A program made the translations under genes and the position numbers. This document shows, one piece after another, positions 12,001 to 20,567 of a stretch of DNA of 20,567 nucleotides (positions are counted from its first letter, which is position 1; every line of letters begins with the position of its first letter). The notes beneath the pieces are model-generated. The model was not told the origin of the DNA. It was given only the letters and a program-made list of their open reading frames with translations, and ran no database searches. Source of the DNA: Halocafeteria seosinensis (taxonomy: Eukaryota); NCBI GenBank assembly GCA_001687465.1, contig LVLI01000090.1:62001-82567 (forward strand). The letters are read 5' to 3'.

Positions 12001-14089
12001 TCTGACTCTACCGACTCATTTCCTCTTATCCGATTCTTCGTGGTGCCTGTGTGCGAGGTTTCCTCTCTCTTTTCGGAAGCCACTGATGAAGGAGGATAAA
12101 AGCTATGTTGCCGAAGAGCGATGTTGTTTGGTAGTTGTACCATTCCTTGTGGCCGTTGATCATTTTTGTAAAGGATTCTCATCCGAACTTGCCCGTATTT
12201 TTTCGTGAGCTCGCGTAACATTTTGAGCACGTAGTGTCTCAACTGATAAAGCCTTCGTCTATCTTCGGGACTGCCCGGTTTGCTTACGGTTGGCACTATG
12301 CTACCATCGCTTGCTTCGTACCACTGATGCGACTTCTTGTCTGAAGAAAGCTCACTGGACAAGTTCACCGAGCTTTGGGTGATTTGTAGCTGCTTTAACA
12401 AATCAGTGGATATCGCCTGCGACAGAGTTCCACCTGGGGCCCATATGCATCCAATGTTTGCAGCACAGCCGTGGTTTCTCAGTGAGACAAAGAGGGCAGC
12501 ATGCAGTAACGACGTTGATGCATCGACAGTGGCAGAAATGACGTCGCATAGGGACGTTGCCACCTCTTCTCTAAAGTTTGCGACCAGGTCTGTTTGGCGT
12601 TGACTTTCACTCATCAGCAATGTTGTTTGCCGCAGCTTCTGGAGATTCGTATGCCAGGCGTTCAATTTTTCTATCAAGTTGCGTTTTCCTTCCTTGCTTC
12701 TGTGCCCTTCGCTGTACGCCCAACGAGCTTTGCTTTCGAAATTCTCATTTTCCCTGTTGAGTAATGTGTGCGGGTCTAAGTGGTTATCCCCTCCATCGCT
12801 GGCGACTGAAGATTGATCGTTGACGCAACTTGCTGTTCCTGTTATCCCACTCTGGGTTCGGAGATTGACCAGTTGATTGCGCCATGTTGACCTGTCGTTG
12901 ACACCGGTACCAGACAACTCACTCAACGTGCGAACATCCCCATTCAACGACGTAGTCCAACCTTTTTGAGTGCCTGTAGGAGTATTGTTATTGTCCATCA
13001 GCTGGTAATTATCACCAGAAATTACTCTGGTCACTTTGGCAGGAAAATTTGTTTCTCTCGATGAAGAGGCACGGGGAGACTTTATGTTAGGGTAGTTTTG
13101 TCGACTGTAGAGAGATATTCGTCGGCTAATCTTTTTGAAGAATGCTGTTATACCGGGTCCCTCCCACTTAACGCATGGAATCTCACGCTCTATGCGGTCG
13201 ATATTTATTTTCAACACGTGCTGCAGGTGATCTGTACTCGCGTGCAGTAACGGACTACGCTCTTGCCAAGACAGCGTTGGAGCAACTGACTCAAGGCCCA
13301 TGATTGCTTGGTTTTCCGACATTACCCCCACCGCGCTGGTCCGGGAAGAAGTCCGGTCGGGGGATGTCGCTTGTTCAAACAGATATGGTAATGTTTTCGT
13401 CCGATGCTTCCCACCTCGAAGAAATATCTCTCTCGTGAAGGCATTCATGTTCATCCTCTGAGCTCCTTCGCACATTTCTGCGGCAATCATTAAACGAGCT
13501 TGTACTTCCGAAATGCTCCAATGTGGGAAAGGAAATAAAGATGCTGCTATGGCACAAATGACACCCAACAGGGAAGAAATTGTCGTGTCAGTAGCAACGC
13601 GACTAGTTACGTGAGGATGGAAAAGAGGAACCTGCGTCAATCTAGGTACCGCACATCTTGCCTGAGAAGCAGCACTCATTACGTATGTAACCCGATACTT
13701 ACAGTTACCGTGGCCGCATGGAATGCTATCCATATGTTCTGAATAATGGGATCTAGAGGTAGCAAGTAGACGATTAAGGATGTCCCTATAACTGAGATGC
13801 TAATGTACCACTCATTAGTCCCACACAGTTCTATAGTTGCCCAGGAGGTTATTCCAGAGAGAATAGCCCCCACGGAGCCAACGTACGAAGTGCGTAGCGT
13901 CATTCCCACAGTGTGCTCTACAATGTAAGCAGCGTAAACGGCCACCATTGCTCTCGCGAGAAACACATCATTCCCAAGCCCAGGGTACATGTCCCACCAT
14001 GAAGCTAATCCAGCGGCGATAATTCCCCTAAACGCCAGCAGCAGTCGAGAAGTGGACGACGGCGCAAGAATGTATAAGTTGCGAGACAT
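9088..14089 (-). CDS. FUSC / aromatic-acid-exporter / ALMT-like integral membrane protein with two TM modules, about 1595 aa
   Basis: Exons 14089-13703, 13631-11331, 11256-11170, 11100-9088 (all phase 0, GT-AG). Module 1: AFRGIIAAGLA...EHTVGMTLRTSYVGSVGA...ASLFPFP. Module 2: RRAVHVTAAV...YWAPVSAAFI...GSIRLLGTVIGCIFG...ALGRVLHTVVG...LLPIRAS. Each module is followed by a long soluble region. The start could lie in an unrecognised upstream exon. Confidence 0.78.
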
Positions 14090-14585
14090 CTTATTTTCCG
14101 TGAATTCGGGTGATATACACCGAGTAAACCACTAGGGAAGCGATGAAGAAGCTGGTTTGCTGAAGAATTGCTGCCGCAAGTGAGCAAGTGCTTCCTTCCC
14201 CCAAGAGCGTGAGAGCTCACATACAGTGTATGCATGTGCTGACTTTATAACTTGCTATCGTTGTTTGAGAAGGTAGTTCCTAAGCCAACAGAGACAAAAT
14301 GCAGTAAAAAATTTCCAGTATTGCTTGATAAGCAATTCCCAGATCCTGTGAACTCAGAGAGGATGACGTGTGAGTCTTGCTTCAAGCAAGTTGCAAGTTG
14401 CTTGGCTGGTGCCGCAGCGGCAGATGCCGAGCACGGACTTGTACGTTGCAGCTTTATGCTCTTGGTGCGTGGCGAACTTTACCAATCTCCATGTAACATC
14501 CTCATGAAATAGTCAGGATTTGTGGCTGCCATGTCATAGAGTGGAAGGGTACTCCAAAAAGTTGGTTGAAATTTGCTAAGCGACC

Positions 14586-14604
14586 CACACCCACACACAC
14601 ACAC
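14586..14604. repeat. Imperfect (CA)n microsatellite
   Basis: cacacccacacacacacac read directly. Confidence 0.8.
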
Positions 14605-15326
14605 CCATGTAACGTTCGTATTTTCTCCACTTCGGTTTTTCCCGCTTTTTTCCATTTGAAAGCTACAAGTAACACCTTATACAGCGAATGTCCATAAGCG
14701 TTTGCATTGCAGGGAGAGGATAAAAGATACGACATGAACGCGGCCCCCAACCTGTTTTTGGTCGTGGGGACCACATTGAGTCTCTCGCAAATTGGCCGCC
14801 ATCCCCCAGACGGAATTGGGGACGCATCCCAACTAGTGTCAGGTACTGTCAGTTACTGTACTGTGCGTCAGGCGGAATAGGGATCTTCACTCCCCTCTTT
14901 TTGGATTCTTCAACAAGGACTTCGGAGTTTCCACGATTATAGTCAATAAAGCCGCTAGAATTGACTTGCTGAGACTGTTGTATTCTTGGGAGTGCAAAAT
15001 CAAAGTCTATCAATAGTAAAAGGAGGTATTTGCTTTTTCTCCGGTGCACTCTTGCGCACGCGTCAGCGGTTGTTGGCCGCCCGGTCGCTCTTTATTCTGC
15101 TTCCCATACCACATTCATCAAGGCAGTCCTCACTCAAATTACGAGCAATTGACCAGCAAGATAGAGACGCACAAACCCAGAATTTGTCAACGACACTGCC
15201 TTGTATAGTCGGAAGACGCGATCCGATATTCGATATTCAAGGGCGGCCCAGAACTTGGGGACCCTGTCTGGGGTCCACTTCAAAGGGAAGCCCCAGGGGC
15301 CCGGGCAGACACGTGCGAGGCTAACA

Positions 15327-16892
15327 ATGTTTGCTGCAACCTCGATTCTCATAAGCTTACTGTGCTACCAACCCGAAGTACAAGGAGCAAACATACACCC
15401 TGCAAATGTTGGTAACACAGTGTTCACTCATGATGCGGCCAACCGAACCATATACTTGGTGCGTTCGTTCAAGTGGTTGGACCACTTTTCTTCTGAAGAT
15501 CTTCTAATCTTAGCGAATGAAGAGACTCTGGAAGGTCAACATTTCACCATCGACATAAGCGGAGTAACAAGCTGGAAGGGTCTAGTCGCGATGCACAATA
15601 CGGTTAAGTTATTTTCCGAAGCACCGACTCTTCAAAACGTACATGTTGTGAATGGTATCACCAGCCGCTCTGGGGGATTTCTCGTTCGCGCAAGTACAAG
15701 ATACATGAGGATAATGTCATGTTCTTCTAGTGGTATAATTGGAGGTAGCAGTAGTGGTGGAGTATGTGGGAGGGGATGCGGTGAGAATGGGCTTGTTGTT
15801 ATCGACAGCTGTTTCACCAAAGGGAAAATCCAAGGGCGTGATTCAGGCGGCATTTGTGGAGAAAATTGCGGCGGAAATGGGAAGGTACATATTACCAACA
15901 CGTACTCGGAGGGAGATATAGAGGGTACAGTTTCTGGAGGAATATGCGGAGATGACTGTGGACAGAGTGGCGAAGTCAGGATAGAAGACTGTTATTCCTT
16001 AGGGACTATCAACGGTGGCCGCTCTGGAGGAATCTGCGGGAACGACTGTGCGAGGGGCGGGATTGTTTCTATACAGAGATCGTTCGCAATGGGTAATGTT
16101 GATGGATCTGAGTCGGGAGGCTTGTGTGGAGACGCTTCGGGGAGGGATTCCGGAAAAATTCATATCGAATCGTCCTATAGTCTCGGCGACATCAACGGTG
16201 ACAAAGCAGGCGGTCTCTGTGGAGAGCGGTGTGGCGGATGGGGCAGCAATGGTGTGGTCCTCATCGAGAACTCTTACTCTTCTGGTAGAATTTTGGGAGC
16301 CTTAGCAGGAGGGATTTGCGGGAAGAACTGTGGTGGCGGCGGTGCTACGGTAAAGATAGTCCACAGTGTTTTCAATGGCAACGGAGATATGGAACAATTA
16401 GCAGGTTCTCAGACATGGGGCGTAGCCGACATTTTCCATAATTCTCCGAATATATCTACAATAAATGGAACGTTGTACTGCTCTAGTGGAGACTGCTGGA
16501 ATAGGTCTGTGTGGACAGTAATTCCAAGAGAATTGCCAGTAGTACGACCTAGGGCTTGCCCTCCAAGTGTTAATAACAAGGATTTTCTGGCGGCTGGAAA
16601 AGAAGCTGCAGTCTTGCCCATGATCTGCACCTGTCCTGTAGTCTCAGAGTCGTCTTCGTTTACCGCACAATGTAAGAACTGGGGAAGTACTGCTCTTAAT
16701 GAAACGGTCCTCTCACGGTTTCACGAGAAATGCCTGCCATGTCTCTTAGGCCGAGTGGCTGCCAGTCGCTCGTCACCAGTACCCCTGGTGTCACAGGTTC
16801 CCGATTCCCCGCTGCAAATGCGGCGAGTGTGTGTGGGAAGACGAAAACTCAGTGTACCGCTTAAGAAGACTCGGTGCAACCGAACCCATTAG
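15327..16892 (+). CDS. Intronless, putatively secreted Gly/Cys-rich repeat protein (GLUG-like beta-solenoid), 521 aa
   Basis: Uninterrupted ORF. The first ATG at 15327 starts the signal-peptide-like MFAATSILISLLCYQPEVQG. Seven roughly 30-aa repeats of type (Y/F)SxGxIxGxxSGG(I/L/V)CGxxCGxxGxVxIxx, then a Cys-containing tail. The frame is open upstream to at least 15201 without an ATG. Confidence 0.8.
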   Translation: MFAATSILISLLCYQPEVQGANIHPANVGNTVFTHDAANRTIYLVRSFKWLDHFSSEDLLILANEETLEGQHFTIDISGVTSWKGLVAMHNTVKLFSEAPTLQNVHVVNGITSRSGGFLVRASTRYMRIMSCSSSGIIGGSSSGGVCGRGCGENGLVVIDSCFTKGKIQGRDSGGICGENCGGNGKVHITNTYSEGDIEGTVSGGICGDDCGQSGEVRIEDCYSLGTINGGRSGGICGNDCARGGIVSIQRSFAMGNVDGSESGGLCGDASGRDSGKIHIESSYSLGDINGDKAGGLCGERCGGWGSNGVVLIENSYSSGRILGALAGGICGKNCGGGGATVKIVHSVFNGNGDMEQLAGSQTWGVADIFHNSPNISTINGTLYCSSGDCWNRSVWTVIPRELPVVRPRACPPSVNNKDFLAAGKEAAVLPMICTCPVVSESSSFTAQCKNWGSTALNETVLSRFHEKCLPCLLGRVAASRSSPVPLVSQVPDSPLQMRRVCVGRRKLSVPLKKTRCNRTH

Positions 16893-17338
16893 AACTTCGT
16901 TCTCGCGCTGGCATGTTCGTTATCAGGACGATGCCATGTGTTTTGGATGAGACGCTGCTAGCTTTATAATGCATTTCAGGCATTTTGCATGTGGGAATGA
17001 TGCACGTGCTCCTCTGCAATCACACACTGAATCACACTTTCACGCTCGTTGAGAATGTGTATTTAACGGTTCCTATACAATGGCGCTGAGTCTTTCGTAT
17101 GTACAAATAATAGGATAACCACAATTATTGGGTACTACTGTATTACTACATGTATGACTCGCGGGGGTCCTGTCCGTGTTGTCACAGGGGAACGTTGGTC
17201 GCTTTCTCCGGTTTTCCCTCTCTTTCTCGTTGGGTGGGTGCGTGTTTCTTTTCGACCTCTGGTGCTTACTCACTGCGACATTTTTATTGGGACTCTTTGT
17301 GTGCCCTTTGGAGGGTTCTTGAGCATTAACGGCTAAAG

Positions 17339-18708
17339 TTGAAGCCGTACGGTAATGAACAATTTCAGGAAAACTATGTACGGAAAAGAACCACAATTGA
17401 TAACCCCAAATTGGCGGCATTGGAAGAATCATGGAGAGTAGGACTAGAACTGCAGGCCACGATAAGACTATTGACCAACTCAATCGCAAGACAGCCCAAC
17501 TACTGGCTTCGCACCCTCGACCCGGAGGTTAACAAAAAGCCACTGGAAGAGTTCAACCGGGATATGACCGACATGGTGCGCAAAGCGCTGAAGTGGCAAG
17601 ATGAGCTCCCCGCCTACACCGTTACACGAACCAAGCTGTCCTCGAAGGCAGGAGGATTGAGGATAGTCATCCCAGACCACGCCGCAGAAGCATCGCACAT
17701 CGCCGGGGCGATCGACGCGTCAAAAAGATCCAACAAGTGGCAGGAGGTGAGCAGGACCCAGGACCGGCTCGCGCAATATCGCAAGAAGCCGCCGCCATGG
17801 CTCGCGGAGAGTCAGAACGCGCTACAGGAAACGATCGGACTCCCAGATGCGAACTACGAAGGCTAATGGAGCAAACCGAAGCTACAGAAACACCTGGGCA
17901 AGATGTTGCAGAGAGTACAGCAGAAAGCGTTACTGACAGCCTGCCAAACGGACGGAGCAGCTGCATGGCTATACGCAGCACCAAGGAAAGGATTTACACT
18001 AACCGACGCCGAGTACATGGTAGCACTGCGCCTACGCCTAGGGCTCCCCCAAGCTAACTTGTTTACGGGTCCATCCGGTGAATGCTGTGGAGAAGGACCG
18101 ATCGACGAGCTGCTGCACCACGCACTGGGGTGTGGCAAAGAAGGGAACGCCACGCAAAGGATCCACCGTCATGGCGGGATAGCAGTGGATACATCCGCAT
18201 GAGTCAAATGCCAGTGGAGAGAGAGAGGTGCTCATAGACCCGCGAAACGAAGGAGAGGCGAGGCCAGTAGTGGACCTGGTAGCCAAGCGCTCCCGCGAGC
18301 ACACTTTCTGCCGATGTGACAGTGCCAAACCCGCTGACGGGAGACAGACTTGTCAGGACAGCGGGAAGACCCCTCACCATCGCGGCAGAAGCGGAGAAGA
18401 TGGAGCGGACAAAATACGAGCATCTGAGAGACCACCACACGGAAATTATCCCGTTCGCAATAGAGGCGGCGGGAGGCTTCGGGGAAGACGCGATCAAGAT
18501 AAAGAAGAGAATTGCCAGGAAAACACCGGGCTCCCGCTGGGGAACAACGGAGATGGAGAACTTCCGCAAGCTGATGACTGCCAAACTGTCAGTCACGTTG
18601 ATGCGCCACAACGTGAAGATGTAGGGTTCAATCCTCACACAGCGTAGCGTAGCCTGTAGAAAACGCGTCTTCCGGTAGGAGCAATACTAATACACACACA
18701 TACACACA
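17339..18708 (+). mobile_element. Decayed, 5'-truncated non-LTR retrotransposon of the CRE (restriction-like endonuclease) clade
   Basis: Collinear motifs: RT C-terminal PYGNEQF, QATIRLL...NYWLRT, LSSKAGGLRI; GAAAWLYAAP...LRLRLGLP; zinc knuckle ECCG...D...HALGC...RH; RLE motifs VERE...RPVVD...DVTV...ERTKY...PFAIEAAGGFG...KLSVTLMRHN*. Disrupted by an in-frame TAA at 17864-17866 and two frameshifts (about 18185-18200 and about 18300-18312). Stop at 18622-18624, short 3' UTR, (AC)n tail 18692-18708. 5' boundary approximate. Confidence 0.88.
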
Positions 18709-18816
18709 GCAGAACTGGCACTGGGTGGCCGTGCTCCACGACTCCTAGGGGATTTTTCCATGGTGGCGTCAGGTGTATTCCTTGTATTATCTAACTGACC
18801 CATAGTACCATTCAAC

Positions 18817-18968
18817 GTATGTATTAGTATTGACACACACACACACAAATGTGACAGATAGCCCACCGGCCGGGAAGTTGACCACATCCTCTTAACGAGG
18901 AGCGGTAAGCGCCCGTGTTAAGCAGCGACGGGCCCGCTAGTATTGTTCCTACTGGAAGTCGTGTATTC
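18817..18968 (-). mobile_element. 39-bp inverted copy of the retrotransposon 3' tip with a 10-bp TSD, interrupted by a nested element
   Basis: Flanked by perfect ACCATTCAAC at 18807-18816 and 18969-18978. Removing 18833-18945 leaves 39 nt whose reverse complement matches 18659-18697 at 33/39 (hand alignment). Confidence 0.75.
18833..18937 (-). mobile_element. 105-bp (TG)7-tailed retroposon fragment (SINE or LINE 3' end) with an 8-bp TSD
   Basis: Perfect TAGTATTG direct repeats at 18825-18832 and 18938-18945; (AC)7 at 18833-18846, i.e. a (TG) tail on the minus strand; stem-loops at 18881-18906 and 18911-18933. Confidence 0.72.
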
Positions 18969-19096
18969 ACCATTCAACACCTCATCGTGTACTCTATTTC
19001 CATGACACAGTTTGCACTGTAACTCGATGGAAAAAAGTAAAAGAAAGCACTTATAATGCTCCCGAGAAATCGAACAATTCCACTTCCAGTCTGGAA

Positions 19097-19143
19097 TGTG
19101 TGTATTATATTGCTCCTACTGGAAGACGTGTGTGCCACAGGCT
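19097..19143 (-). mobile_element. Second inverted copy (47 bp) of the retrotransposon 3' tip
   Basis: Reverse complement AGCCTGTGGCACACACGTCTTCCAGTAGGAGCAATATAATACACACA matches 18651-18698 at 42/48 by hand. Possible degenerate TSD CGAA(C/A)AATTCC at 19071-19081 and 19150-19160. Confidence 0.72.
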
Positions 19144-19864
19144 TGAAGGCGAAAAATTCCCTTTCGAGAGAAAAAGGGTAAACGCTACGAATACAAACTC
19201 GCTCTTCACTATGGTGCATCTACAGCATAGAGAAATCAGCAAGTGGAGGGAATTATCAAACCAAACAATTACTTGTCTTCTGCCACAGCTCTTTATTGTT
19301 TGAAAAGAAGGGCGGAAACTGGAAACGACGCTTAAACCTCAAAGGGCCCCCATCAAGCCCTCAATTCCTATTCCACTACCGACAACTGACAGAAGAGTCA
19401 TATGTTCTTCTACACCACGAGAAGACCGAATCGTTGGTTGCGACTCGCCGCTCCTACAGTGGCAGCAGTGATTACAACCACTGGCTTGAAGCAAATAAAG
19501 GTAAGTGGTATATGTTACAAGAGATGCCGTTACTGGGATGGGCTACGTTAGGCTACAAGAGCTGCATTATGGTGCCAATGGACCACACGCATGCCCATTT
19601 TGTCAGAGAGATGTTAGAATCTTAATCCCTCAACGGGGATGTCACTACAACTGTTACCGTCTTATTGTTTCTGAATGGTCTCAGCCTCTGAGGACAGTTG
19701 TCTCGACTTCCCTTCCCCTTCCTTCAAGCAATTTGTACTGAGGGCATAGATGCTTCCTCCGAATCCAGATACTCTTAGTCTCCCACACTGCGGTCTTTCT
19801 CGCTCTCCCCTTCCTTGTTCCTGATGATCGGTTGTATCAACTAAGATCCTACGACATTCGACTC

Positions 19865-19882
19865 AAAAAAAAAAAAAAAAAA
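19865..19882 (+). repeat. Poly(A)18 tract
   Basis: 18 consecutive A read directly. Confidence 0.95.
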
Positions 19883-20089
19883 TCTAATTGCGGTGCGAGT
19901 TTGCGGGTACCAAAGCTGTTCAAGAGCAACGCAAAGCTGATCAAGGAAAATACGAACATTACGTATTACTGGGGAAGCTGTACACACGGCCATCTTGTCA
20001 AACTTCTCAGGCAATGCTACTATGCACGACGAGAGCACCAAGCCATCTTGTCCAAAACATGGAATAGTCTTGGATTCCCGAACGCATAC

Positions 20090-20390
20090 CCGTTGCGTTA
20101 ACGATTTGCAGCTTCGACCAATATTAAAGCAGCCACGACAGGAACAGTGTTTTGCGCAATAGCTATTTGCCAAACATTTTATACTACTCCGGCTTGGGCA
20201 AGCAGGGAATGCGGATAGCTCTCCAACGTCTAGTACGGGGTCTATACGGAGGGGTCTATCCATCATTTCCAGACGCAGATTGAAGAATTCTTGCTCGTTA
20301 CCGAGCCCTATTGTGCCTTTCCAAGCAGCGCTTCTCAAAGATCTGACCGGTCGTTGTGCCGCGGTAGTCATGGTCTCTGGACTCTTGAAC
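20090..20390 (-). other. Possible exon of a small Cys-rich protein (partial CXC/CRC-like motif)
   Basis: Strong pyrimidine-rich acceptor ending at 20391 and GTATGC donor at 20089; ATG at 20371; encodes CPSRSSIKCLANSYCAKHCSCRGCFN. Could not be joined into a convincing gene. Confidence 0.3.
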
Positions 20391-20499
20391 CTGAAAGCGA
20401 AGAATGAGAAGCGTATCACTGCCATTGATAGCGCAGTTTTCGCTGCCAAGTGTTCGCATAACAGTACGCTGTACAGACTGTATCATATTCGCACTGTAT

Positions 20500-20567
20500 T
20501 CAGTCGGCCTCGTATGCATCATCCGAATTACCGGTGTTGTGTTGGGCATCGTCATCCACTTCTAAGC
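20500..20567 (-). CDS. Possible acidic C-terminus of a gene entering from the right edge
   Basis: Open frame from the edge reading LEVDDDAQHNTGNSDDAYEAD* with TGA at 20502-20500; too short to identify. Confidence 0.35.
   Translation of the reverse strand, partial: LEVDDDAQHNTGNSDDAYEAD

Noticed and set aside
86..14512. Many short ORFs antisense or out of frame to the four spliced genes
   Set aside because: Shadow ORFs of real coding exons with no independent support.
17864..17866. In-frame TAA as evidence of a variant genetic code
   Set aside because: The four host genes splice into stop-free frames under the standard code, and the element also carries frameshifts, so decay explains it.
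17737..18647. ORFs 17737-18057, 18204-18638 and 18228-18647 as independent genes
   Set aside because: Alternative frames of the broken retrotransposon ORF; only about 18188-18305 of the 18228 frame is the true reading frame.
18790..18940. Mini-Helitron (A|TC at 18790, hairpin, CTAG|T at 18940)
   Set aside because: The TAG of CTAG belongs to the 8-bp TSD TAGTATTG. The nested retroposon model also explains the 10-bp TSD and restores a longer match to the sister copies. Disfavoured, not formally excluded.
19101..19112. TGTATTATATTG resembles the 3' end of the trypanosomatid spliced leader, a known CRE target
   Set aside because: Only 12 nt of AT-rich sequence, no GT donor follows, sister copies differ, and the host has abundant ordinary cis-introns.
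18651..19143. MITE bounded by roughly 47-bp terminal inverted repeats
   Set aside because: The left repeat is contiguous with the CRE 3' UTR, a third copy lies inside with its own TSD, and no TSD flanks the whole span.
18817..19143. CRISPR-like spaced repeats
   Set aside because: Eukaryotic context, few copies, mixed orientation across the three units, irregular spacing, no cas genes.

Overview
Gene-dense eukaryotic DNA with short (about 64-103 nt) GT-AG introns. TMEM231 implies a ciliated or flagellated organism; a protist, possibly a stramenopile, is my inference only. From 1 to about 14,100 there are four tightly packed spliced genes, all reconstructed by hand with consistent intron phases: a large DDT/WHIM chromatin-remodelling subunit (minus, runs off the left edge), TMEM231 (minus), GPR89/GPHR (plus) and a roughly 1595-aa FUSC/ALMT-like transporter (minus). 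An intronless, probably secreted Gly/Cys-rich GLUG-like solenoid gene follows at 15327-16892. The stretch from about 17,070 to 19,150 is a retroelement nest. It holds a decayed 5'-truncated CRE-clade (restriction-like endonuclease) non-LTR retrotransposon ending in an (AC)n tail, plus two inverted 39-47 bp copies of its 3' tip. One tip copy has a perfect 10-bp target-site duplication (TSD) and is itself interrupted by a 105-bp, hairpin-rich, (TG)7-tailed element with a perfect 8-bp TSD. The last 1.4 kb is poorly resolved.
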